A DNA stretch of 35,476 nucleotides, taken from Dehalococcoidia bacterium. Lineage in GTDB: Bacteria; Chloroflexota; Dehalococcoidia; DSTF01; JACRBR01. Positions 1 through 7,672 of this stretch are shown here, one piece after another. Below the pieces are notes generated by a model. That model was not told where the DNA came from, did no database searches, and was given only the letters and a program-made list of their open reading frames with translations. Both the position numbers and the translations under genes were made by a program. Position 1 is the stretch's first letter, and each line of letters starts with the position of its first letter. The stretch is taken from positions 1-35,476 of the forward strand of contig JBGQBE010000031.1 of the NCBI GenBank assembly GCA_041494685.1. The letters are read 5' to 3'.

Positions 1-132
1 GCGCCCCCGCGCGCGGGCGGGCCTCGCGGGCGGCCGGGGGGGCCCCTCGGGGGGGGGGACCCCCCGCGGTGGGGTCGCGGGTGGTTTATTGGTGGGGGGG
101 GGGGCCGCGGTCGCGCCCCCCGCCGGGAGTCC

Positions 133-672
133 TTAGCGAGCGGCGCGGCGCCGCAGCGCGCCCGCGCCCATCAGCGCGGCGCCCGCAAGCGCGACCGCCA
201 GTGCGATTGGCGCGAACGGTGAGTCGCCGCCGGCCGTGGCGCCGGTGCCGGTGTTCGGCAGGTTCACCTCGGAGGCTACCTCGCCGCTGCCGACCACGAC
301 CGAGGCGGCGCAGCCCGTGCTGGCCGGAGATGCGGACACTTCCACCACACCCGCCTTGCTGCCGGAGTGCAGGGTGGCCGTGATCTGGCCCTGGGCGTTC
401 GTGACGCCGCTGTTCGGCGTAACGGTGGCGTCGCTGCCCGGCTGCTTCGTGACCTGCAGCGTCACAGCCTGGTTCGACGCAAGGTTGCCGTTGACGTCGC
501 GCACCGTGACCGTCAACGTGACGCTCCCGTTCGCGTTCGTCGTCGTCGCGCTCGTCGCGACGCTGCAATTGCCGTTCGGCGCCGGGTACTGCGCGTGCGC
601 GCCGCCAGCGTGGAACGCGGCCACCAGCACGGCGGACGAGATCAGTCCGGCGATCGTCAGCTTCGAAAACAT
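133..672 (-). CDS. Secreted single Ig-like (Big_1-type) surface protein with LPXTG sortase sorting signal
   Basis: Signal peptide ending AHA|Q; Big_1-like VTLTVTVRDVNGN...GVTNAQGQITATL; C-terminal LPNTG + hydrophobic helix + RRRAAR tail; SD AGGGAGGAAG upstream. Confidence 0.8.
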   Translation of the reverse strand: MFSKLTIAGLISSAVLVAAFHAGGAHAQYPAPNGNCSVATSATTTNANGSVTLTVTVRDVNGNLASNQAVTLQVTKQPGSDATVTPNSGVTNAQGQITATLHSGSKAGVVEVSASPASTGCAASVVVGSGEVASEVNLPNTGTGATAGGDSPFAPIALAVALAGAALMGAGALRRRAAR

Positions 673-811
673 GGTCTTCCTCCCTTTCGCTTCACAGAGT
701 AACGCGCCACCCCGGCCCCGTCACGCTGCGCGCAAACTTTCTCCCGCGCGACCCCGACGCACACCAGCCGGGCGCGGACATTCGGTCGTTTCCAGTCTCT
801 CGCAATCGATA

Positions 812-857
812 ACGTTAGTCGAGCGCGATTTGTACACGATCTTGACCGCGACTTGAC
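812..857 (-). promoter_or_regulatory. Putative promoter (-10 TAACGT) with 11-bp-phased direct repeats over the -35 region
   Basis: Minus strand GTCAAG (857-852), GTCAAG (846-841), GTACAA (835-830) at 11-nt period; TAACGT at 817-812. Confidence 0.35.
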
Positions 858-913
858 GCGCCACGCCTGTCGCTCCGTCCTATGTCAAGTATCAGCGCTC
901 CTACACCACTCGC

Positions 914-1942
914 TCAGCCCAGCGCCGGCACGACGAGGATCTTCGCGTGGGCGTCCGGCGACGCCAGCGTCCGGAACGCCTCCGGCACCCCCGCGATGCC
1001 GACTTCGCCCGTGATCAGCGGCGCCACGTCGATCTGGCCGTCGGCGATCAGTTGGAGCGTGCGGCTGAACTCCGCCGGGTCGTAGCCCAGCGCGAATTGC
1101 ACGTTCAGCTCCTTGCCGATGCCTACCATCGGCCAGATCTGATCCTGCTCCATGCAGACGCCCACGACGAGGACGCGCGAGCCGCGGGGAGCGTCGCGCA
1201 TCGCGCGGTCCAGCATGCCCGGCACGCCCACTGCCTCGAACAGCACCAGCGGCTGCCTGCCGTCGACGCGCTGCCAGGCTGCGAGGGCCGCCTCCTCGCG
1301 CGGGTCGACGGCTTCGTGCGCGCCAAGGCGCTTCGCCAGCCCGCGCCGCATCGGCGAGAAGTCAGCGGCGACGATCGAGGCAATGCCCGCGATGCGCAGG
1401 GCCGCGACCACGGCGAGTCCGACCGGACCGCAGCCGTACACCAGCGCGGCGTCGCCCGGCTTCACGCCGGACTTTGCGACAGCGTGCAGCCCGACGGCCA
1501 TCGGCTCCGTCAGCGCGGCATGGCGCGGGTCCAGGCCCGCGGGCACCTTCACGCACAGCGGCGCGCTCAGCACCATGCGCTCCGCATAGCCACCGGGGTA
1601 CTGGTTCGAGTAACCGAGGCCGACGATCCCCTCCAGCGCCAGCAGCACCGGCATCGAGACGACGACGTCGCCCTCGCGCAAGTCCGTGACACCGGCGCCG
1701 AGGCCGATCACCCGCGCGGAGAACTCGTGCCCCATGACGAGGTTCTTCTCGAGGTCGAAGATGAACGGCGCGCCGCTCGCCTCGGCGGACGCGGCCATCT
1801 GCTCCGGGAACTTGAGCGCGTGCAGATCGGAGCCGCAGATGCCGCAGGCGATGACCTCAACGAGCACCTGCGCCGGCCCCGGCGAGGGCTCCGGCACGTC
1901 TTCCACAAGAAGCTGCTTCGACCGCATGACCGCCGCGCGCAT
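914..1942 (-). CDS. Zinc-dependent medium-chain alcohol dehydrogenase
   Basis: CGICGSDLH, GHEFS, GCGPVG NAD-binding motif; lacks the 4-Cys structural Zn loop; SD GGAGGAG. Confidence 0.9.
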   Translation of the reverse strand: MRAAVMRSKQLLVEDVPEPSPGPAQVLVEVIACGICGSDLHALKFPEQMAASAEASGAPFIFDLEKNLVMGHEFSARVIGLGAGVTDLREGDVVVSMPVLLALEGIVGLGYSNQYPGGYAERMVLSAPLCVKVPAGLDPRHAALTEPMAVGLHAVAKSGVKPGDAALVYGCGPVGLAVVAALRIAGIASIVAADFSPMRRGLAKRLGAHEAVDPREEAALAAWQRVDGRQPLVLFEAVGVPGMLDRAMRDAPRGSRVLVVGVCMEQDQIWPMVGIGKELNVQFALGYDPAEFSRTLQLIADGQIDVAPLITGEVGIAGVPEAFRTLASPDAHAKILVVPALG

Positions 1943-2041
1943 ACATCGCTCCTCCGCTCCTCATCGCCCGTCGGCGAGATGATGACAGCGGCGGGAACAG
2001 CGCGCCAGCGGGACGGCGGACGTTTGCTCTGCGTGCAATGC

Positions 2042-3430
2042 TCAGGCGGGGGCGCCTGCCGCCCCGCCAGCGAGACGCCCCCGCGCGCGTTCGACGACGA
2101 TCCACGCGCGGGGCGCGATCGCGCCGGTGAAGGCGAGGAAGAGCAGGATGTTGATGCCCGCGCCCGCCAGGAACTCGGGATTCGCGTAGTGGAAACCGTC
2201 CCAGGACTTCACCGGCGGCGCAGCCCCGACCAGGTTGAAAAAGAACATCGCGCTCACCGGGACGTACAGCCGGAGCCAGCGCTGCTCGACGATCGCGACC
2301 GGCAGCAGCAGGCCCAGGAACGGGAAGAGATAGCGTTCGTGCGTCGTGACGGGCAACAGGTAGAACGCAAACGCCAGGTACGCCGCCGCGATCAGCGCGC
2401 CGCGCAGATCCGGCCGCGCCCAGGCGTACGCCAGGGCGATCGCCGCCGCGGCGGCGCTGAGCGCTATCCCCACCATGCGATACGTCGCGAAGAACAGCTC
2501 CGGGTCGTCGGCGGCCGGACGCGGCCCCGCGTCCCAGAAGCGCCAGAGGTTCCATGCCTCCCACGAGAGTTGCGGCGCCCGGTCGTGGAACAGCAGCCGG
2601 TAGACCTTCAAGATGCGGATCAGGTCGCCGTGCAGCAACCATGGCCCTGTCACCACGAGCCCCACGACCGCGCCCGCGGCGCCCGCTTCCAGCAGCGCGC
2701 GCACGCCCCCGCGCCGCACCGCGAGCAGCACGAGCAGCGGCAGTACGACCACGGGCTGCGGCTTCATCAGAAAGCCGAACGTCCACGCCGCGCCCGCGAG
2801 CCCCATACGCCCGCGGAACGCCAGCACGACGGCGGCCAACATCGCGATGGTCACGAGCGAATCCGTGTTGGGCCAGACCGCGCTGTCGTAGATAGCCGCG
2901 GGCTGCAGCGCGATCACCACCCCGGCGATCAGCGCAAGTCGCGTTGGGTTCGCTCGCGCGGCCGCGGGGTCTTCGCCGGCAAGGAGCCGCGTGACGGCGT
3001 ATACGGCGCCGACCAGCCCCAGGTCGAACAGGAGCATCGGCGCCTTCACCAGGAAATGCAACGCGCCGCCGGCGCCGTGCCCGTACGTGCCGCCGAACGA
3101 GGCGTAGACCGCCGAGAGCGGCCAGAGCACCCAGTGATAGCCGACGTAGTTCGTATCGGAGGTCCGAAAGACGTTCAGCACACCATGTTCGTGTATGGCC
3201 TGCATCCAGCCCTTCCAGTCCGACTCGTCGAGCGTGCCGTCGGGCAGGTAGGCGTACGCGGGCAGGAAGGGCAGCCGCACGAGCAGCGCCAGCACCAGGA
3301 CGCCGGCGAACGGCCGCCAGCCGCTCGTGAGCCACAGGACCAGCGGCGTATGCGCAGCGCGAGGTTGCGCCTGCGCGGATTGCGTCGGCTGCCGGTTCTC
3401 ACGTGGCAGTGACATCTTGGACACGGTCAT
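2042..3430 (-). CDS. Polytopic GT-C-fold glycosyltransferase (GT87/GT39-like mannosyltransferase)
   Basis: Many hydrophobic segments; motifs LVKAPMLLFD, PAAIYDSAVWPNTDS, MKPQ, THERYLFP typical of lipid-linked sugar transferases. Confidence 0.7.
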   Translation of the reverse strand: MTVSKMSLPRENRQPTQSAQAQPRAAHTPLVLWLTSGWRPFAGVLVLALLVRLPFLPAYAYLPDGTLDESDWKGWMQAIHEHGVLNVFRTSDTNYVGYHWVLWPLSAVYASFGGTYGHGAGGALHFLVKAPMLLFDLGLVGAVYAVTRLLAGEDPAAARANPTRLALIAGVVIALQPAAIYDSAVWPNTDSLVTIAMLAAVVLAFRGRMGLAGAAWTFGFLMKPQPVVVLPLLVLLAVRRGGVRALLEAGAAGAVVGLVVTGPWLLHGDLIRILKVYRLLFHDRAPQLSWEAWNLWRFWDAGPRPAADDPELFFATYRMVGIALSAAAAAIALAYAWARPDLRGALIAAAYLAFAFYLLPVTTHERYLFPFLGLLLPVAIVEQRWLRLYVPVSAMFFFNLVGAAPPVKSWDGFHYANPEFLAGAGINILLFLAFTGAIAPRAWIVVERARGRLAGGAAGAPA

Positions 3431-3536
3431 GCAGCCATCTTAACGTCCCGCGCCACGCTTCGTGCCACGCTCGCCGGACATCTCGCGTCAAGCACGCCCG
3501 CGGAACGGCGAGCGCGCCCCCGCAGCGACAAAGGTT

Positions 3537-3558
3537 GAGCGAGTACACGCACTCGCTC
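3537..3558 (-). terminator. Hairpin downstream of the cupredoxin gene
   Basis: GAGCGAGT-acacgc-ACTCGCTC 8-bp stem; weak U-tract. Confidence 0.35.
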
Positions 3559-3588
3559 CGCTCCGTCAGTCTCGGCGCTGATCGGCGG

Positions 3589-4149
3589 CTACTGCACGAT
3601 GAGTCCGCCGCGCATGCCGGACTGGTAGTGTCCCGGGACGTTGCACAGGTAAACATACTTCCCGGGCGCGAGCCTCATCGTCGCCTGCTTCACGTCCTTC
3701 GGCTCGATGTCGTCCGCTTCGCCGGGACTCGAGCCGGCGGATTCTTCATCGATCTTCCCGTCCTTCACCGGAAACGATGCCGGGTCGGCATCCGTCCGGA
3801 AGAGGACGAACTCGTGCTGCGTGGTGCCGGCGTTGATCACGTCGAACTTGATCTCGCCCGCCTTCAGGGGGCCGATGGCGGCGCTGCTTGGGCCCGTGAT
3901 CTTCCACTCGGACAGCGAGACCTCCACGGTCTGCTCCTTCTCGCTGTCGGGGCCGACGGGCCCCGCCGTCGGCGTCGGCGCGGCCGTGCCGGCGGCTGCG
4001 GAAGTCGTGGCAGCCGTCGTGGCGGCGGGCGCGGCCGTGCCCTCGTTGGATTTGCTGCTACTGCTTCCGCAGCCGACCGCGAGCGCCGCCATGCTCAGCG
4101 CCACGGCGGCCAGAACCAGACCCACCCTCGTCGTCCCTGACCGTTCCAT
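3589..4149 (-). CDS. Blue-copper (cupredoxin; auracyanin/sulfocyanin-like) lipoprotein
   Basis: Lipobox LAVGC; Ala/Thr/Pro linker; type-1 Cu ligands QHEF and YLCNVPGHYQSGM (C-x4-H-x4-M). Start ATG 4149 or TTG 4152. Confidence 0.85.
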   Translation of the reverse strand: MERSGTTRVGLVLAAVALSMAALAVGCGSSSSKSNEGTAAPAATTAATTSAAAGTAAPTPTAGPVGPDSEKEQTVEVSLSEWKITGPSSAAIGPLKAGEIKFDVINAGTTQHEFVLFRTDADPASFPVKDGKIDEESAGSSPGEADDIEPKDVKQATMRLAPGKYVYLCNVPGHYQSGMRGGLIVQ

Positions 4150-4301
4150 CAATTTCCTCTCTTGATAATTGCCGTCGAAGTGGGTGGATCATACTTGGCC
4201 GAACGCACAAGCGGAAAGCCGCGCCGCCGGCACTCGGACGCGGCTCGCTCAGGCGACTGGCGCGTGGGGGAAGGCGAAAGAACAACCGGCGCACAACGCG
4301 C

Positions 4302-4330
4302 AGCGGCCCGCCTGAAACAGGCGGGCCGCT
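4302..4330 (-). terminator. Perfect 13-bp hairpin after the redox operon
   Basis: AGCGGCCCGCCTG-aaa-CAGGCGGGCCGCT between the lipoprotein and cupredoxin genes. Confidence 0.6.
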
Positions 4331-4401
4331 CGACGGCTGTAGCGAGTCGCCAACCGGGGCCGGGTCAGCGAGGTACCCGGCTGGCGGGCGCGGGTGCCGG
4401 A

Positions 4402-5217
4402 TTACTTCAGCTTCGCCGCCGCCTGGTCGAGGAGCGGCAGTACTTCCTGCGCGTACGTCGCGATCGCCTTGACGTCCGTGGTGCTGGAGTCGGCTTCCTT
4501 CTCGATCGCCAACTCGCGCTGCTCGATCTGGTCAGCCAGCGCCGGGTCTACGGCCCGCGTCGCTTTGACGACCGCCTCCATTTGCGTGTCCATCGTGCCC
4601 TCGGTGTCGCGCGTACCTTGCACGTCACCGGCGTTCGCCTTGGCGATCACCGCATTCATGATCCCCTTGAGATCCTGAATGTCCTTAGCCAGCTCCGCCG
4701 CACTCGGGCCTGCGCCCGTAGAGACATCGAGCTTCAGCGCGATGACGATCTTGTCGAGCTGGGCCAGCGCGTCCGTCGCCTTCGCGGCGATCACGTTGAG
4801 ATCCGTCGTGCTGGCGTCGGCTTCCTTCTCGATCGCGAGCTCGTCCTGCTCGAGGGCGTCCGCGAGCGCAGGGTCGACGAGCCGCGTCGCCTTGATGGTC
4901 GCTTCCATCGACGTGTCCATCGTGGCCTCGGTGTCCTTCGTGCCCTGAAGGTCGCCGGCCTTGGCCTTCGTGACGACGTTCTGCAGAATCCCCTTCAGCA
5001 GCGTCACGTCATTCGCCAGCTCCTTTGGCTCGACCGTCGTCTCCGCCGCGGCGGTGGACGCCGTCGTCGCCGCGGCGGCTGGCTTGGTGGCGGCCGCAGC
5101 CGTCGTCGGCTTCGGTGCCGGGGTCGCCGTCTTGTCGCTGCTGCTACTTCCGCCGCAGGCGCCGGCGACCACCGCCAGTCCCACTATCACGCTCCCGATC
5201 AACAGCTGCTTCTTCAT
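4402..5217 (-). CDS. Lipoprotein with two tandem ~97-aa acidic helical repeats, function unknown
   Basis: Start MKKQ after GGAGGAGGAG; lipobox AGAC; A/T/P linker; repeats at 5022-4729 and 4695-4405, 61/97 identical by manual alignment. Confidence 0.8.
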   Translation of the reverse strand: MKKQLLIGSVIVGLAVVAGACGGSSSSDKTATPAPKPTTAAAATKPAAAATTASTAAAETTVEPKELANDVTLLKGILQNVVTKAKAGDLQGTKDTEATMDTSMEATIKATRLVDPALADALEQDELAIEKEADASTTDLNVIAAKATDALAQLDKIVIALKLDVSTGAGPSAAELAKDIQDLKGIMNAVIAKANAGDVQGTRDTEGTMDTQMEAVVKATRAVDPALADQIEQRELAIEKEADSSTTDVKAIATYAQEVLPLLDQAAAKLK

Positions 5218-5292
5218 GACCTTCTCCTCCTCCTTCGAACTCGCTCCGAGCTCCCTGTACGTACCCGATTCCATTCGCGCCAGACTTTGCGT

Positions 5293-5730
5293 CTACTTCT
5301 TCGCCTGGATGAACGCGATCAGCTTCTGCAGGTCGTCGTCCGAGAGCATGCTCGTCGTGAACGCCGGCATGCCCTTCGGCCCGTCCCTCACCTTCGTCTT
5401 GATCTTGGTTGCGCTCGCATCGGTCAGGTCCTTGCCGACGGCTCCGCCGCTGCCGCTGGGGCTGTGGCAGCTCGCGCAACCGTACTGGAAGAAAAGCAGC
5501 CGCCCATCGTGCACCGGGTCGCCCGTCTGGGCGTCCTGCGGCTTCGCGAGCGGCATACCCTCGAAGAGGTACTCGTCGCCGATGTACGCAACCTTCGTAC
5601 GAGTGTAGCCCGCGGCGCTCGCAAGGTTGCCGTGGGTATACGGGCTGCGGGCAACGATGATGGCGATGATGGTGATCGCGAGACCGCTCATCCCGATCGC
5701 CAGCACCATGGGAACAAGAAATCGTCTCAT
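5293..5730 (-). CDS. Membrane-anchored monoheme cytochrome c
   Basis: N-terminal TM helix, CASCH heme motif, distal Met in KGMPAF; ATGA overlap with the upstream gene. Confidence 0.88.
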   Translation of the reverse strand: MRRFLVPMVLAIGMSGLAITIIAIIVARSPYTHGNLASAAGYTRTKVAYIGDEYLFEGMPLAKPQDAQTGDPVHDGRLLFFQYGCASCHSPSGSGGAVGKDLTDASATKIKTKVRDGPKGMPAFTTSMLSDDDLQKLIAFIQAKK

Positions 5731-6317
5731 CGCACACTTCCCCGTCCAGCGGGCACCGCCAGCGCCAGACCGTCGGCCCTCCCCGCCCTGGCAATACGGA
5801 TGATCGTCACGCCGATAAAGATCAGCGTCCCCCAGACGACCGTGAGCAGTCCCATGATCAGCCATGAGTTCAGCCCGGGGACCTGGATGCCCGCCTTCTG
5901 CACGTACATCTGGGGCGCTGCGCCGTCAACAGCGATCGCGGCCGTCGTTTGTTCCACGGCGCTGCCGGCGGACCCGGTGTAGTCGACACGGATGTCGTGG
6001 GTGCCGCTCTCACGCGGCACAAATGAAATCGCCGCGACGCCCGCGCTGTTGGTGACGGCTCGTCCGATCTCCATGAAGCCATCGACCCGACCGAACGTCG
6101 CGTGCGCGTAGAACGTCACGCTCACTCCCGCGACCGGCGCGCCGGTGTCGGCGGACGTCACGGCTGCGTCGACCTCACTCGGCTGGCCAACCAGAGCGGT
6201 GGTCGGTTCGCTGACGCGCGTGAGCAGATGCGAGGCGTGCGCGGTGGTGGCCGCGGATCCGAGCGCGAGTACCGTGCACGTGAGAAGTCCTGCAGCTATC
6301 AACACCAACCGCTTCAT
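5727..6317 (-). CDS. Exported Ig-like beta-sandwich protein with C-terminal TM anchor
   Basis: Signal peptide (AHA|S); GAPVAGVSVTFY...AVTNSAGVAAISF beta pattern; C-terminal hydrophobic helix; ATGA overlaps at both ends. Confidence 0.7.
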   Translation of the reverse strand: MKRLVLIAAGLLTCTVLALGSAATTAHASHLLTRVSEPTTALVGQPSEVDAAVTSADTGAPVAGVSVTFYAHATFGRVDGFMEIGRAVTNSAGVAAISFVPRESGTHDIRVDYTGSAGSAVEQTTAAIAVDGAAPQMYVQKAGIQVPGLNSWLIMGLLTVVWGTLIFIGVTIIRIARAGRADGLALAVPAGRGSVR

Positions 6318-7672
6318 ACCGCACCTCCCGCTGGTTCGCCGGCGAGCTGTGACCGCACGCCTGGCAACGACTCCGCGATTGCTGTCTGGGATTCTTCGCG
6401 CTGCTCCGTGATCTCCCAGATGGCAAGCAGCGGAAAGACTTTCACGAAGAGGGTGATCAACAGGCCGAACAGCGCGAAGGACGCTGCGATGATGGACCAC
6501 TCGACCCAGGTCGGGCCGTAGTTTCGCGGCTCATACGGCATCAGCGGCACGCGCAGGGTCGCGACGACGATAAAGTAACGCTCGATCCACATGGCGACAT
6601 CGATGAGGAACGCGGCGGCGACGACGCCCCAGATGTTCCGCGTCCACGGGATCAGGATGAGCAGCGGCGGGATGACGAGTCCGCCGATGAAGTAGTACCA
6701 GTAGAATCCCGCGAACTGGCCCAGGAAGAGTTCGCGGAAGTGGAACTCTACGCCCGCCTCCATCTTGTAACCGGTGGTGATGTACTCGGACAGGTTGCCG
6801 TAGATCATGATCAGCGCCATCGCCGCGAGCAGGTAGCCCAGGTACACGAAGTGCTTCTCAAGGATGTACTCCTCGAGGTGGTACACCTTCCGCAGGATCG
6901 CCATGATGATGACCAGCGTCGCGACGCCCGAGAAAATAGCGCCGGCCACGAAGAACGCGCCGAAGATCGTGCTGTTCCAGCCGACGCGCAGGTTCATCGC
7001 GAAGATCCACGAGACCACCGTGTGCACCGATACCGCGATCGGGATGATGAGGATCATCATCGTGGCGATGATCGTCGCGAGCATGCTGCGCTGGCGGCTT
7101 TCGCCCGTCCAGCCGATCGCCAGCACGCTGTAGAGCCACTTGCGCCAGCCCGTCGTCCGGTCGCGGAAGATCGCCAGGTCGGGGATCATCGGCAGGCCCA
7201 GATAGGTGATGCTCGCCGTCAGGTACGTGGTGATGGCGACGACGTCCCAGATGATCGGCGACTGCCAGCGGCCGTACAGGATTACGTTCTGCACCCGGTC
7301 CGGCCGGCCGAGGTCGATGATCGGGAACAGCGCGCCGCAGCACAGCGCCACGACGGTGACGAACTCAGCCATGCGCGTCACCGGCGTGCGCCAACCCGCC
7401 TTCGACACGCGCAGGATCGCCGAGATGAGCGTGCCGGCATGGCTGATGCCGATGAAGAACACGAAGTTTGTGATGTAGAAGCCCCACGAGATGCGGTCGC
7501 GCAAGCCGGTGACGATCAGCCCGTCGCGCAACTGCACGTAATACGCGTAGCCGCCCCACGCGATGACCGCGAGCAGGAAGGAAAGCCACACCCAGTAGAT
7601 CTTGCTCGTGTGCGCGATCGGCGCGTAGGTCGTGTCCTCCAGCCGTTGCCGCCAGGGGCCTATCGCTTCCAT
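6314..7672 (-). CDS. NrfD/PsrC-family quinone-interacting membrane subunit, ActC-like
   Basis: WGFYITNFVFFIGISHAGTLISAILR, RMAE, DLGRP, SPIIWD, SVHTVVS, WIERYFIVV, YGPTWVEW; about 10 TM; start MEAIG after GGGGGCGAAG. Confidence 0.9.
   Translation of the reverse strand: MEAIGPWRQRLEDTTYAPIAHTSKIYWVWLSFLLAVIAWGGYAYYVQLRDGLIVTGLRDRISWGFYITNFVFFIGISHAGTLISAILRVSKAGWRTPVTRMAEFVTVVALCCGALFPIIDLGRPDRVQNVILYGRWQSPIIWDVVAITTYLTASITYLGLPMIPDLAIFRDRTTGWRKWLYSVLAIGWTGESRQRSMLATIIATMMILIIPIAVSVHTVVSWIFAMNLRVGWNSTIFGAFFVAGAIFSGVATLVIIMAILRKVYHLEEYILEKHFVYLGYLLAAMALIMIYGNLSEYITTGYKMEAGVEFHFRELFLGQFAGFYWYYFIGGLVIPPLLILIPWTRNIWGVVAAAFLIDVAMWIERYFIVVATLRVPLMPYEPRNYGPTWVEWSIIAASFALFGLLITLFVKVFPLLAIWEITEQREESQTAIAESLPGVRSQLAGEPAGGAV

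Noticed and set aside
1..132. Extreme G/C homopolymer runs (possible G-quadruplex, ORFs 69..383 and 86..568)
   Set aside because: Unlike the rest of the window and located at the sequence end; most consistent with low-quality contig-end base calls.
947..3412. 821-aa plus-strand ORF and similar long ORFs (4162..5982, 9490..10911, 15915..18068, 19975..21648)
   Set aside because: Arg/Ala/His-rich antisense shadows of well-supported genes, expected at high GC; no motifs.
4162..4170. Fur-like TTGATAATT upstream of the cupredoxin
   Set aside because: Only a half-site with no matching inverted arm.
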